A DNA stretch of 64,000 nucleotides from Candidatus Bathyarchaeota archaeon (GTDB lineage Archaea; Thermoproteota; Bathyarchaeia; Bathyarchaeales; Bathycorpusculaceae). Below the pieces are notes generated by a model that saw nothing but the letters and a program-made list of their open reading frames with translations, did not search any database and had not been told where the DNA came from. The position numbers were made by a program, and so were the translations under genes. The DNA lies in the NCBI GenBank assembly GCA_963832745.1, contig CAWHVC010000001.1:1-64000 (forward strand). Reading direction: 5' to 3'. Position 1 is the stretch's first letter. The number at the start of each line of letters is the position of its first letter. This document shows, in pieces, positions 30,248-40,410 of the stretch.

Positions 30248-32032
30248 TCATGGTTTTGTGTTTTGGCTGACTGGAATAGTCATGGTTATGGTTGTTCCTT
30301 GTCCTTGTAGACTGTCTATGAAGATTTTTCCGCCATGTGCTTCTACAATCCGTTTGCAAATTGGCAAGCCGAAACCCATGCCTTTGGCTTTGGTTGTGAA
30401 GAGAGGCTTCCAAATTTTATCCATGGTTTCTTTGCTCATTCCTGTGCCCGTGTCTGTGAAGCTAAAAGTGATGTTGTTGTCTTCTTGCTGGTTTTTGACG
30501 GTTAGTGTTCCACCGTTAGGCATGGCGTCAAAAGCGTTTTTTATTATGTTAACAAAGACCCTGTTGATTTTTGAAGTGTCTACATTAATTTTAGGAATAT
30601 TCCAAGTGTAATCTTGAACTTGTATAGTTGGGGGTGTATTGACAAGTGCTAAAGATGATGTTAAGAGGTCTTTAGGTGTCATGTTTTCAAGGTCTATCCT
30701 AATTTCACGTGAGTAATCCAGTAGGTCACTAACGATTTTGTTTGAATAATCTATGCTTTTGTCAATCGCCGTAAGCATTTCGTTTCCTTTACCGTCCAGT
30801 TTGTCGGCGTATCTTGTTTTCAGGTAATAGGTGGCTCCACTCATACTGCTTAAAGGGTTACGCAGGTCATGTCCAACCATTCCCGCCAATTCGCCTATAG
30901 AAGCAAACCTTTCCGCGTTAATCAGCTTCTTTTCCATCTCCTTGTGTTCGGTGATGTCATGCATAATGCAGGTTAATCCAATTTTTTTGCCGTTTTTTCG
31001 TTTTACTACTGAACCTGAGAAAAGAACTGTTATCTCGCCTGAGCCGGTTTTGAGTTGGGTTTCAACATTTTTGATTTCGCCTTCTTTTAGTAGTTTGGCG
31101 ATGGCTGCTTCACCTGTTCTTTTGTCAACAAAAAGCTCCGATAGCGGTTTTCCAGTTAACTCTTTTTTGGTGAACCCTGACACTTTAAGCAATGCGTTGT
31201 TTGCTTCAACCATTTTTCCTTCAATGTCTGCAAGTATCAAAGAGTCGGGTATTGTTGTGAAGATGTTTTCCGCTGCCACTTCTGGATTTAAAAGGAAAAG
31301 GTCATATCGCCACATTGCGTAGCCGATGAATACTGATAAGAGGCAGCTTGAAAAATTCTCAAGGCTTGGAACAATGATGCCCATCATTGGCAAGATTGAG
31401 TCTGTCATTATTGACAGTACGACTGGACAGGCTAATCCTACCGCTATGAATTTGGCTTGGTGTTTTTTTGTTGGATTTGAGGTTTGACGGTAAAACATTA
31501 CACAGAGAAATACTGAAAGAATCGCCAACGTTGAAACCCAAACAAAATCAATTGTTGATATTGTCATGTCTTCAGGCAAAGCAAACGCGTATCCCCACGA
31601 CTGCAACACTGGAAAAGCTGATATCCAGTTAGTTGTTAAATCGATTACAGCAAAAATCGTGGCTGGCAAGTAAATGAAGCCGTAAATTTTTTTGTTATTT
31701 AGTAAGCTGCTTTCGGTAAAGACAAGGGTGAAATGCAGCATTAACGCTGAAAGGAAAGGCCAAATAACCATGGCTTTTACCCAAAAATAGGCGACTTGGG
31801 CGCTTTCGGCTTGATACAACATGAATTCTGAAAAGCCCCAATACGCGTTGAAAATTAGTATTGCCATGAACAGCTTGTTTAGGGTTGCCTTTTTGTCTAA
31901 AAAGTACACTGCGATACCTAACGCGAGGCATACAACGCTTGTAAGAAGTGAGAACCATGCAAAAAAGTTCATGTCTGCGTGCCTCGTATCTAGTATCTTG
32001 TGTTTCTTTGAATTGCCATTTCGAGAGACCAA
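30248..32032 (-). CDS. 7TM-PAS sensor histidine kinase
   Basis: Seven TM segments, PAS, H-box GHDLRNPL, N-box NAFDAM, DTGTG, GMGFGL. Confidence 0.92.
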   Translation of the reverse strand: MVSRNGNSKKHKILDTRHADMNFFAWFSLLTSVVCLALGIAVYFLDKKATLNKLFMAILIFNAYWGFSEFMLYQAESAQVAYFWVKAMVIWPFLSALMLHFTLVFTESSLLNNKKIYGFIYLPATIFAVIDLTTNWISAFPVLQSWGYAFALPEDMTISTIDFVWVSTLAILSVFLCVMFYRQTSNPTKKHQAKFIAVGLACPVVLSIMTDSILPMMGIIVPSLENFSSCLLSVFIGYAMWRYDLFLLNPEVAAENIFTTIPDSLILADIEGKMVEANNALLKVSGFTKKELTGKPLSELFVDKRTGEAAIAKLLKEGEIKNVETQLKTGSGEITVLFSGSVVKRKNGKKIGLTCIMHDITEHKEMEKKLINAERFASIGELAGMVGHDLRNPLSSMSGATYYLKTRYADKLDGKGNEMLTAIDKSIDYSNKIVSDLLDYSREIRIDLENMTPKDLLTSSLALVNTPPTIQVQDYTWNIPKINVDTSKINRVFVNIIKNAFDAMPNGGTLTVKNQQEDNNITFSFTDTGTGMSKETMDKIWKPLFTTKAKGMGFGLPICKRIVEAHGGKIFIDSLQGQGTTITMTIPVSQNTKP

Positions 32033-32164
32033 GCTTTAGTCGTTAGAGCTTGGTGATATAAAGTTAATCGTGTTTCGATATATATTACTATGATAGGCTT
32101 TTAGCGGTAATAGGGCAGTTAAGCTTAAAAAAATAATAATAAAACGAATAATGAAATTATGGAA

Positions 32165-33403
32165 TTAACGGATTTGCCCGTTACCCAAAATAACGTATTT
32201 GGTAGTCGTCAAGTGCTGTATGCTCATTGGTCCCCTTGCGTGAAGCTTCTGAGTGCTAATTCCAATTTCTGCACCTAAACCAAACTGGTTGCCATCCGTG
32301 AAGCGGGTGCTGACGTTCCAGTAAACAGCGGAGGAATCAACCTCCTGCAGAAAACGCGTGGCTTTTGCGAAGTCGCGGGTTATGATTGATTCGCTGTGTC
32401 TTGTGCCGTACTTGTTGATATGTGCGATAGCTTCTGAGAGGTCTTCAACTACTTTAACGCCGATAATTAGGTCCAGGTACTCAGTATACCAGTCTTGCTC
32501 TGTTGCGGCTTTAACATCGGGCATGATTTCGCAGGTTTTCTTGTCGCCCCTAACTTCCACGCCGTTCTTGCGCAGTTCACCGATTACTTGGGGCAGGTAA
32601 TTTTTGGCGATTTTGTTATGGACAAGCAGTTTTTCAGCTGCGTTGCATACGCCGGGACGCTGGACTTTGGCGTTGATTACGATTGGGGTTGCCATTTCTA
32701 AGTCGGCGTCTTCTTCAACGTAAATGTGACAGTTACCCGTGCCGGTTTCGATAACTGGAATCTTAGATTTTTCAATCACTGTTTTTATCAGGTCAGCGCC
32801 GCCTCGGGGAACAAGCACGTCAATGTACTCCCGCATGCCCATTAATTCTTCAGCGACTTTGCGGTCAGGAGAATTTACCACCTGAACAGCGTCTGCCGGA
32901 ACATTCGTGCCTGAAAGAGCATCCCGAAGGACTTCGCCGATTGCAAGGTTAGACTGCAAAGCGTCTGAACCTCCACGCAGAATAACTGCGTTGCCTGATT
33001 TTATGCAGATGCCAGCGGAGTCTGAAGTAACGTTAGGTCTTGATTCGTAAATTACACATACTACGCCCATGGGAACCCGGATTTGGCTGATAATTAAGCC
33101 GTTTGGGCGTGTCCAACTGGATAAGATTGTGCCGATTGGGTCAGCCAAAGCAGAAACTTCCCGAAGCTCCTTTGCCATGTTCTGTATCTTTTTTTGGTCC
33201 AAAGCTAAACGGTCAAGAAGTGACGCTTTTAGGCCCTTGGCCTTGGCGGCTTCCACGTCAATCTTGTTGGCGGCAAGAATCTTTTCAACGTTAGCTTCCA
33301 ACGCGTTAGCCATCCGGCACAGCGCCACATTTTTCTGGTCCGTTGAAAGTTTTGCCATTTCAACTGATGCTGCCTTGGCTCTCTGGCAGATTTCCACAAT
33401 CAT
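32165..33403 (-). CDS. proA: Gamma-glutamyl phosphate reductase
   Basis: IYESRPNVT, LRGGSDA, GVCNAAEKLL, GAEIGISTQKLHARGP. Confidence 0.97.
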   Translation of the reverse strand: MIVEICQRAKAASVEMAKLSTDQKNVALCRMANALEANVEKILAANKIDVEAAKAKGLKASLLDRLALDQKKIQNMAKELREVSALADPIGTILSSWTRPNGLIISQIRVPMGVVCVIYESRPNVTSDSAGICIKSGNAVILRGGSDALQSNLAIGEVLRDALSGTNVPADAVQVVNSPDRKVAEELMGMREYIDVLVPRGGADLIKTVIEKSKIPVIETGTGNCHIYVEEDADLEMATPIVINAKVQRPGVCNAAEKLLVHNKIAKNYLPQVIGELRKNGVEVRGDKKTCEIMPDVKAATEQDWYTEYLDLIIGVKVVEDLSEAIAHINKYGTRHSESIITRDFAKATRFLQEVDSSAVYWNVSTRFTDGNQFGLGAEIGISTQKLHARGPMSIQHLTTTKYVILGNGQIR

Positions 33404-33405
33404 CT

Positions 33406-34527
33406 TTATTCCTCTATAAAGTGGATATTTCTATGCTCGATAACCTCTTTAGGTTTATCGGCTCCCAACTTCTCCAAGACTTCCGTAACTTGCAAGCCCT
33501 TTATTTGGTTAAGTTGGTTACTGTTAAAGTTCGGGTTGCCTCTCGCGAATATATGGTGCTTTTCATCTTCAAGACTCACTACATCGCCTTCTCCAAAAAC
33601 GCCTACCACTTTGGTAACACCCACTGCAAGCAAGCTTGAACCCTGAAGTATCGCTTCTTTTGCTCCGTCATTAACCTGAACTGTTCCTTTTACTGCGGCT
33701 CCATAGGCAATCCAACGTTTTACTGCTGGCATGCGGCTTTGAGGCGTGAAGTAAGTGCCTAATCCTTGACCTTCTAAAATATCAATTATCACGTTCTCTC
33801 TTCGGCTATTTGCAATTACAAGAGGAATTCCGCAGCTGGTGGCGATTTCGGCAGCTTTGATTTTGCTTTGAATTCCGCCTCTACCCCGCTTGCTTTTGCC
33901 CTTAAGAGAATTTTTAAGTTCAGGCGTAATGTTTTCAACAGCTTTGATAAGTTCTGCACCGGCTTCTGACGGGTCAGCAGTGTATAAACCGTCAACATCA
34001 GAAAGAATGATTACTAAATCTGCGCAGATGGCTCCAGCAACCAACACGGACAGGATGTCGTTATCACTAAAGTTCACTTTGTAACCCTTTGTACGCCTCA
34101 GTTCGGCAACGCTGGTTACATCGTTTTCATTGATTATTGGTACTACGCCGATTTTAAGTAACTGCGCCAAAACGTCGCATGTGTGGACATAAGATTTACG
34201 GTTAGACAGGTCTTCCGCGGTCAATAATATCTGTGCGACTTTTAGGTTATACTTCGCAAAGAGGCTGCGGTATTTAGCCATAAGTACGCTTTGCCCAGCG
34301 GCAGCAGCGACTTGCTGAAAAGCAACGTCTTTTGCTTTAGGTGTGATTCCAAGCTCAGCAATTCCAGCTGCTACAGCGCCGGAGGTTACAAGCACGATTT
34401 TGTCGCCTTGTTTTGTTGCTTGCGCTATCTGGCAGGCAAGGCTTTGCATTTCTTGCTCGTCAAGTTCGCCTTTGCTTGTGGTTATGCCGCTTGTGCCGAC
34501 TTTGACAACTATTAATCTTGAAGGCAT
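33406..34527 (-). CDS. proB: Glutamate 5-kinase with PUA domain
   Basis: VVKVGTS, VTSGAVAAG, PIINENDV, SDND, C-terminal PUA. Confidence 0.96.
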   Translation of the reverse strand: MPSRLIVVKVGTSGITTSKGELDEQEMQSLACQIAQATKQGDKIVLVTSGAVAAGIAELGITPKAKDVAFQQVAAAAGQSVLMAKYRSLFAKYNLKVAQILLTAEDLSNRKSYVHTCDVLAQLLKIGVVPIINENDVTSVAELRRTKGYKVNFSDNDILSVLVAGAICADLVIILSDVDGLYTADPSEAGAELIKAVENITPELKNSLKGKSKRGRGGIQSKIKAAEIATSCGIPLVIANSRRENVIIDILEGQGLGTYFTPQSRMPAVKRWIAYGAAVKGTVQVNDGAKEAILQGSSLLAVGVTKVVGVFGEGDVVSLEDEKHHIFARGNPNFNSNQLNQIKGLQVTEVLEKLGADKPKEVIEHRNIHFIEE

Positions 34528-34808
34528 ATTTTTTCACTTAACTCAAAGTTTCTGCTTGAGCTTCTTTATGGAGTTATGTCTGTCTTGCTTAAAAAAGCAA
34601 TCAACAGGTAAATAACCTGTTTGTCCATTAAAAGTTGCTTATGCTTTATATGTAGACTTGTCTAGTCTCCTTAAAAGTGCAACCAACAAATAAATAACGT
34701 GTGTTATTAAAAATCATGCATTTAACCGATTAAACCTTCTATTTTACGCCATTCCTTAGAAAAATATATAAGACCTCGGAGCGTCGGGATGAGGCTTGGC
34801 TAATTCAC

Positions 34809-36947
34809 ATGATCGTTCCACTCCAAACCCTAACAACATCGTTTAATTCCCCCTTAGTATTCTGGCTTGCACCGATTGCTGGTGTCATAGCCATTTTAGC
34901 TTCACTGCTGTTGATGCGTAAAATCGGCAACATGAATCCTGGTTCACCAAAAGCAGTAGAAGTTGGAAACGCTATTCGCGAAGGCGCTTATGCTTTCCTG
35001 AAGCGTCAATACACTTCTATTACGGTAATCATGATAGTGGTTTCCGTCTTAATCGGTTTATTCATAAGCGTTGGCACTGCGGTGGCTTTTCTGATTGGCG
35101 CTGTTGCCTCATTAGCCGCGGGATACATAGCCATGGATAACGCTACAAAAGCTAACGTACGCACAGTCGCGGCAGCCAAAAAAGGTCCAAACGCTGCCCT
35201 GCAAACAGCGTTTTATGGTGGAGCAACAATGGGTTTTGCTGTCGTCGGTTTATCCTTGTTAAGTGTCAGTTTAATATTCCTTGCTTACGGCGGTTGGGGC
35301 GCTTTATTTGGTGCAGAAGTAAACACTGACTTAGGAATTAGCGCCGCAAGCGGCATAGTCGGCATGGGTTTTGGTGCATCGTTAATCGCTTTGTTTGCAC
35401 AGTTGGGCGGCGGAATCTTTACAAAAGCCGCAGACATAGGCGCAGACATCGTCGGTAAAGTTGAAGCTGGAATACCTGAAGATGACCCGAGAAACCCCGC
35501 TGTAATCGCAGATAACGTTGGAGATAACGTTGGCGACTCAGCTGGACGTGGCGCAGACCTGTTTGAATCTGCAGTTGCCGAAAACATCGGTGGCATGGTT
35601 ATTGGTGGTTTAGTTAGTGTTGCAACTGGTAACATTCTGTTCCTGATTTTCCCACTGGTTGTTCGAGCTTTAGGTGTCTTTGCAACTTTAATCGGCATGC
35701 CTTTCGTTAAACTTAAGCCAAGTCAAACCCACAATCCAATGAGTGCACTACGCAAAGGCTTAAACGCAACAACAATCGTGTCAGCAATAATGTTCTTGAT
35801 AGTTTCGATATTGTTCTTTGAAAGTAACTGGTTCTACATTTTTGGCTGTTTACTTACTGGATTAGTCGCAAGCGTTCTAATCGACCAAATAACTGACTAT
35901 TACACTGGACGAGACAGAAAGCCAGTCATTAGTATTGCTCAAGCAAGCCAAAGTGGAAGCGCTACAAACATCATTACTGGACTTGCAGTTGGCTTAGAAA
36001 CAACAGCCTTACCAATAGTCACTCTGGTCATAGCCTTGATTATCTCATACGTGCTTGGTTCACAGTTTGCAGTACAAATCGGCATCAACACCTACTACGG
36101 TGGAGTCTACGGCACAGCGTTGGCAACAATGGGTATGCTTGCAGTCATGGGCATGGTCTTAGCTTTAGACGGCTTTGGCCCAATCGCAGACAACGCCGCA
36201 GGCATCGCAGAAATGGCAGGCGAAAAAGAAGGCATAGAAACCATGGAAGCTCTTGACGCAGTCGGCAACACAACCAAAGCATTAACCAAAGGCTTTGCTT
36301 TAGGTTCAGCTTTGCTTGCTGCCCAATTGCTTTTCCAAGCATACGGTTCAGAGGTCACACACGGCGGTATACTGCAAATAGACATAGCTAATCCCATCAT
36401 ACTGGTCGCGGGATTCATAGGTGCAATGTTACCGTTCCTGTTCTCTTCACAAGCTATCAGTGCAGTCGGTAAAGCGGCAACTCAGATGGTGAACGAAGTT
36501 AGACGCCAATTCAAAGAAATACCTGGCATCATGGATGGAACAGCTAAACCGCAATACGACAAAGCAGTAGATATCAGCACTAAAGCAGCCTTGAAAGGCA
36601 TGATTATCCCGGGAGTAATCGTTGTGATTGTTCCAGTGGTAATCGGTCTCCTGTTTGGTGCAATCGCAGTCGGCGCAGTCGTCATCGGCGTTACTATAAC
36701 AGCTGTACCATTAGCCCTGTTCATGAACACAGGCGGTGGAGCATGGGACAACGCAAAGAAATACATCGAAGCAGGTCACTTAGGCGGCAAGAATTCTTCA
36801 GCACACCAGGCAGCAGTCGTTGGTGACACAGTCGGTGACCCACTAAAAGACACAGCAGGACCAAGCTTACACGTGCTTATCAAACTGCTCAGCACGCTCT
36901 CAATAGTGTTCATCCCGCTGTTCCTTAACCTGCTCGGTTTAATCTAA
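34809..36947 (+). CDS. hppA: Membrane H+-translocating pyrophosphatase, K+-independent type
   Basis: [29 protein letters not shown]; GNTTKA (Lys at the K+-dependence position); [11 protein letters not shown]. Confidence 0.95.
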   Translation: MIVPLQTLTTSFNSPLVFWLAPIAGVIAILASLLLMRKIGNMNPGSPKAVEVGNAIREGAYAFLKRQYTSITVIMIVVSVLIGLFISVGTAVAFLIGAVASLAAGYIAMDNATKANVRTVAAAKKGPNAALQTAFYGGATMGFAVVGLSLLSVSLIFLAYGGWGALFGAEVNTDLGISAASGIVGMGFGASLIALFAQLGGGIFTKAADIGADIVGKVEAGIPEDDPRNPAVIADNVGDNVGDSAGRGADLFESAVAENIGGMVIGGLVSVATGNILFLIFPLVVRALGVFATLIGMPFVKLKPSQTHNPMSALRKGLNATTIVSAIMFLIVSILFFESNWFYIFGCLLTGLVASVLIDQITDYYTGRDRKPVISIAQASQSGSATNIITGLAVGLETTALPIVTLVIALIISYVLGSQFAVQIGINTYYGGVYGTALATMGMLAVMGMVLALDGFGPIADNAAGIAEMAGEKEGIETMEALDAVGNTTKALTKGFALGSALLAAQLLFQAYGSEVTHGGILQIDIANPIILVAGFIGAMLPFLFSSQAISAVGKAATQMVNEVRRQFKEIPGIMDGTAKPQYDKAVDISTKAALKGMIIPGVIVVIVPVVIGLLFGAIAVGAVVIGVTITAVPLALFMNTGGGAWDNAKKYIEAGHLGGKNSSAHQAAVVGDTVGDPLKDTAGPSLHVLIKLLSTLSIVFIPLFLNLLGLI

Positions 36948-36974
36948 ACTGAGTAACCTGAAAACCGATCTTAG

Positions 36975-37012
36975 CCCTCTTTTTTGGGCAAAAAACTTTT
37001 TTTATTTTTTTA
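36975..37012 (+). terminator. Poly-T terminator region after hppA
   Basis: T-tracts following a short GCCC...GGGC stem. Confidence 0.5.
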
Positions 37013-37071
37013 GTTCAAAATTTAAAAACAACTTGTTTTCGATTACTTGACAAAAAAGAAAGTTGATTGTT

Positions 37072-37416
37072 TTAACGTGCAAGATACGTTATTGGGTTTA
37101 GCAGTTTGTCGTCTTCGCTTATGATGCTTTCTGCTTTGATTTCTTCAGCGATTTTTTTGCCGTTATCTGTTAAGAAGAAGAATTTGTATGTGTTTCTGCC
37201 GTTTCTTGTAACTCTTGTGTCTTCACGGAAGATTCCTGCGTCTCTTAGTACTTCACAGTTTTTAAGGTCAGAATTTGGTATAATCATTCCTTCGCTGGCT
37301 TCAAGATACCAAAGGTAGCCGTCCTTGTTGTCTAACGCTGCAAGTATGTATTTTTTGAAAACCCCTATACGTGTTCTTATGTAATCACACATGTAGTTTT
37401 CAAATTTTATTGACAT
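37072..37416 (-). CDS. Hypothetical protein, probable winged-helix
   Basis: C-terminal wing motif YKFFFLTDNGKKIAE. Confidence 0.7.
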   Translation of the reverse strand: MSIKFENYMCDYIRTRIGVFKKYILAALDNKDGYLWYLEASEGMIIPNSDLKNCEVLRDAGIFREDTRVTRNGRNTYKFFFLTDNGKKIAEEIKAESIISEDDKLLNPITYLAR

Positions 37417-37564
37417 ACCTATTACTTTAACGCTGAAGAAATTTAAATTTTGTCAGAATACCCAGCGCCAGTTTGTTTAAACGTTTTGTAGGTTTTGTTC
37501 CACATTGTATTTTTACCTCTTCATGCAATGAATATTAGTCCTGTTTAAGAGATGAAATTTAGCC

Positions 37565-38656
37565 TTGAAAATTGTTGAGAAAAACCTGCATCAGGGTTTT
37601 GTTAAGGTCGTGCCTGACACTCCTGATGACCTTTGGCACCTGTACAATGTCATTTACAAGGGTGACGAAGTTTACGCTTACACGTCAAGAGCCATAAAAT
37701 CCGATTCAGAAGCTTCACGCCCAAAAAGTGCTGAGCGCGTTTCAGCTTTCATGGGCGTAACTGTTGAGTCTGTTAGTTGGGACAAGTTTTTAGGGAAACT
37801 GCGTGTTCACGGTTTAATCTGCCATGCACCAGACATTATTCCCACGGGAGCGCATCATACGATTGCTATCGGCTTAAACCAGCAATTAACCATAGTAAAA
37901 AAGGAGTGGCCAAAACACCTTCTTGACAGGTTAACCTTGGCAAGTGAAAGCGAAAAACCATTACTAATACTGTCAATTGATGATGAAGGTTATGCTATTG
38001 CAGAAACTAAACAGTATGGCGTTGAAATGAAGGTTGAAGAACGCGTCCGCTTGCCCGGAAAGCATGAAGCCGATAAACGTGTCGAGGGCACAAAAGCATA
38101 TTTCCGAAAAGTCTTAAACAGCCTTAACATGCTCTGGACACAAAACCATAACCCAATCGTACTAATCGGAACTGGTTTTGTAAAAAATGATTTCGCTCGG
38201 TATCTTGCCGATGAATCTAAAGACATGAACAAATCCTTAGCTGACATAAAAAGCGTAAATAATGGTGGAACCGCAGGAATCTATGAAGCCCTCCGCTCTG
38301 GTGTGCTACTTAAAACAACCAATCAACTGCGTATTGTCGAAGAAACCGAAGCCATGGAAGAAGTTATGAAACGCCTTGGCAAAGGTGAAGGAACCATTAC
38401 GTACGGTTTAACTGGTGTAGAAGAAGCCGTACAGATGGGTGCTGTTGAAAAGTTGATTGTTGCGGACACTGCACTTCGGGATGCTGAGGAGGATCAGAGG
38501 CTTAAACTTGAAACCCTAATGCGGGATGTTGAGCGGCAAAACGCTAAAGTCACGGTGATAAGCACGGAGCATGAGGCAGGGTCAAAATTGTTGTCATTAG
38601 GTGGTTTAGCGGCACTGCTAAGGTTCCCTATTTATCGTGCTCCCACAAATCAATAA
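37565..38656 (+). CDS. pelA: Pelota/Dom34 ribosome-rescue factor
   Basis: DDLWHLYNVI, GAHHTI, EHEAGSKLLSLGGLAALLRF. Confidence 0.95.
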   Translation: MKIVEKNLHQGFVKVVPDTPDDLWHLYNVIYKGDEVYAYTSRAIKSDSEASRPKSAERVSAFMGVTVESVSWDKFLGKLRVHGLICHAPDIIPTGAHHTIAIGLNQQLTIVKKEWPKHLLDRLTLASESEKPLLILSIDDEGYAIAETKQYGVEMKVEERVRLPGKHEADKRVEGTKAYFRKVLNSLNMLWTQNHNPIVLIGTGFVKNDFARYLADESKDMNKSLADIKSVNNGGTAGIYEALRSGVLLKTTNQLRIVEETEAMEEVMKRLGKGEGTITYGLTGVEEAVQMGAVEKLIVADTALRDAEEDQRLKLETLMRDVERQNAKVTVISTEHEAGSKLLSLGGLAALLRFPIYRAPTNQ

Positions 38657-38830
38657 CATTTTTTTGAGCAAAACGAGTTTTTAATTTATTATTGCTTAAT
38701 CAGGTTTAAGATTATAGTTATTATAGTTTGGTTGTTTGAGGAAAAAGTTTTAAGGGGCAATTTTCGTAAAGCTGAATTATCATTTGCTGAAAAACCAAGA
38801 TTATCTAAAACCATTAGAAAAGGGGCTATT

Positions 38831-39046
38831 GTGGTAGATTTTACGAAACTTAAGGTGGCTTGCCGTTATGAAAAAGGTGGAAATTGCAAAAAGAAGCTAA
38901 AAAAATGCTCTGTGGATGTCTGCCCATTGAGCCTAAGTATTAGAAACTATGCAACCAAAAATGTTGCCTTCCATTGCCTGCATTTGGGGTTAGTAATTTT
39001 CTACCTTATTCACTCATCTAAAATCACTAAATCTTTATACTGTTAA
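38831..39046 (+). CDS. Small Cys/Lys-rich protein
   Basis: GTG start after AAGGGG; ACRYEKGGNCKKKLKKCSVDVCP; 3' extent uncertain. Confidence 0.4.
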   Translation: MVDFTKLKVACRYEKGGNCKKKLKKCSVDVCPLSLSIRNYATKNVAFHCLHLGLVIFYLIHSSKITKSLYC

Positions 39047-39053
39047 TCTATTT

Positions 39054-39620
39054 CTAAGGTTTTAGATGGGCGCTTCTCCGTAAGAATATGGCTAATATCG
39101 TTGGTATAACTACGAGTAAAGATACTGTTATCATATTGGTTATCTCTGGAACTGAAGGCGTTGGCAATGAGTCGTTTGTTGGTAAGGTTGTGGAAGATGG
39201 AGAAGGCGTTGCCGATGGTTGTGGGGATGACTGAACGGTGACCACTATTCCCATTGGCTGAAAGGCTTCGTATAAGCTATCTCCATTTGAATCAGATATC
39301 CTCACAGAAATGCCGTATCTTCCAAGAGTAGATTCAACGAATTTGAATGTTGACGAATTGGAATTCGGAACTGGAACGGTTATCCAGTGTTCGGGAAGTA
39401 TAGTTGGGTCTAAGAATGTTGTGTACCATTGGAAAGTATATGGGGGTGTTCCATTATCACCGTGCGCTATGAACTCGGTTGTTTGGTTGACTTCAATTGT
39501 TCTCCACCATGGTTGGTCTACCATAACCATTATGCTTTCCGCTGTTGTTTGGCATTCTGCAAACGGCAATGTTGAGAGAGCAATAATAATTATTCCAAAC
39601 ATTAGACCCTTTGTCTTCAT
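39054..39620 (-). CDS. Small surface protein with Ig/PKD-like domain and PE-type anchor
   Basis: Signal peptide; GTPPYTFQWY; SP/T linker; SVPE followed by TM and RR. Confidence 0.75.
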   Translation of the reverse strand: MKTKGLMFGIIIIALSTLPFAECQTTAESIMVMVDQPWWRTIEVNQTTEFIAHGDNGTPPYTFQWYTTFLDPTILPEHWITVPVPNSNSSTFKFVESTLGRYGISVRISDSNGDSLYEAFQPMGIVVTVQSSPQPSATPSPSSTTLPTNDSLPTPSVPEITNMITVSLLVVIPTILAIFLRRSAHLKP

Positions 39621-39886
39621 CTTTCCACTACATCCTAAAATTTTGCGGGACATATTTAGTTCTATTCAGGGAACACTTCTTTTTTTTGTCAAAGTCCATT
39701 TTTGCTGAACGTTGCCACTCTCTAAAACGGTGTTAGACATCGTTTCATGCCTCTTCTGTTCGGTGTAGCATTGTTTGGGCTTTGTGTGTTGGATGTAACC
39801 CCTCTGTACTAATTATTAGACGGTTTCAGCTAATAGTTGGTATTATATGTTTAAGAGTCTCCTACCTATGCTAAAGGTATTAGCTG

Positions 39887-40333
39887 ATGGCTATGGATGA
39901 CACAACCGAATTAGAGTACGCCCTGCGTGGCAAAGCATGGAAAGTTTACTGGTTCCTACTAAAAACTGGTGAACCCGTCAGCGTACGAGAAGTCCAACGT
40001 GCACTCCATTTTAGCAGCCCAAGCATCGCCAACCACCACCTCGAGCAACTACGTGAACTCGGGCTTGTTGCCAAACAGGAAGTGGGCGGACATTACGTGT
40101 TAGTCAGCCAAGTAAAAATTGGCGTGCTTAAGCATTATGTGAAACTTGGCAAACTGCTGTTTCCACGTTTCTTCTTTTACGCCTTGTTTTCCACAGTGTT
40201 CTATCTGGCGTACGTTATGTTTTTGGTGACTGAGTTTAACCGTGACAACCTGTTCATCATAATGTTTGGCGCTATTGTTTGCGGTATTTTCTGGTATGAA
40301 GCTTACCGTGTTTGGGGTATGCGTCCATTCTAA
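39887..40333 (+). CDS. Winged-helix regulator with two C-terminal TM helices
   Basis: SVREVQRALHFSSPSIANHHLEQLRELGLV; hydrophobic C-half. Confidence 0.82.
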   Translation: MAMDDTTELEYALRGKAWKVYWFLLKTGEPVSVREVQRALHFSSPSIANHHLEQLRELGLVAKQEVGGHYVLVSQVKIGVLKHYVKLGKLLFPRFFFYALFSTVFYLAYVMFLVTEFNRDNLFIIMFGAIVCGIFWYEAYRVWGMRPF

Positions 40334-40410
40334 CAGTTAGTACACTTTGTCCAAGGCTTAGGATAAAATAAAAACATGCAATTAACCCGTAAACAGGAGA
40401 AAAGAAACGA

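Noticed and set aside
34653-34664. TAGAC-TT-GTCTA palindrome between proB and hppA
   Set aside because: Only 5-bp arms and a single copy; not distinguishable from chance.
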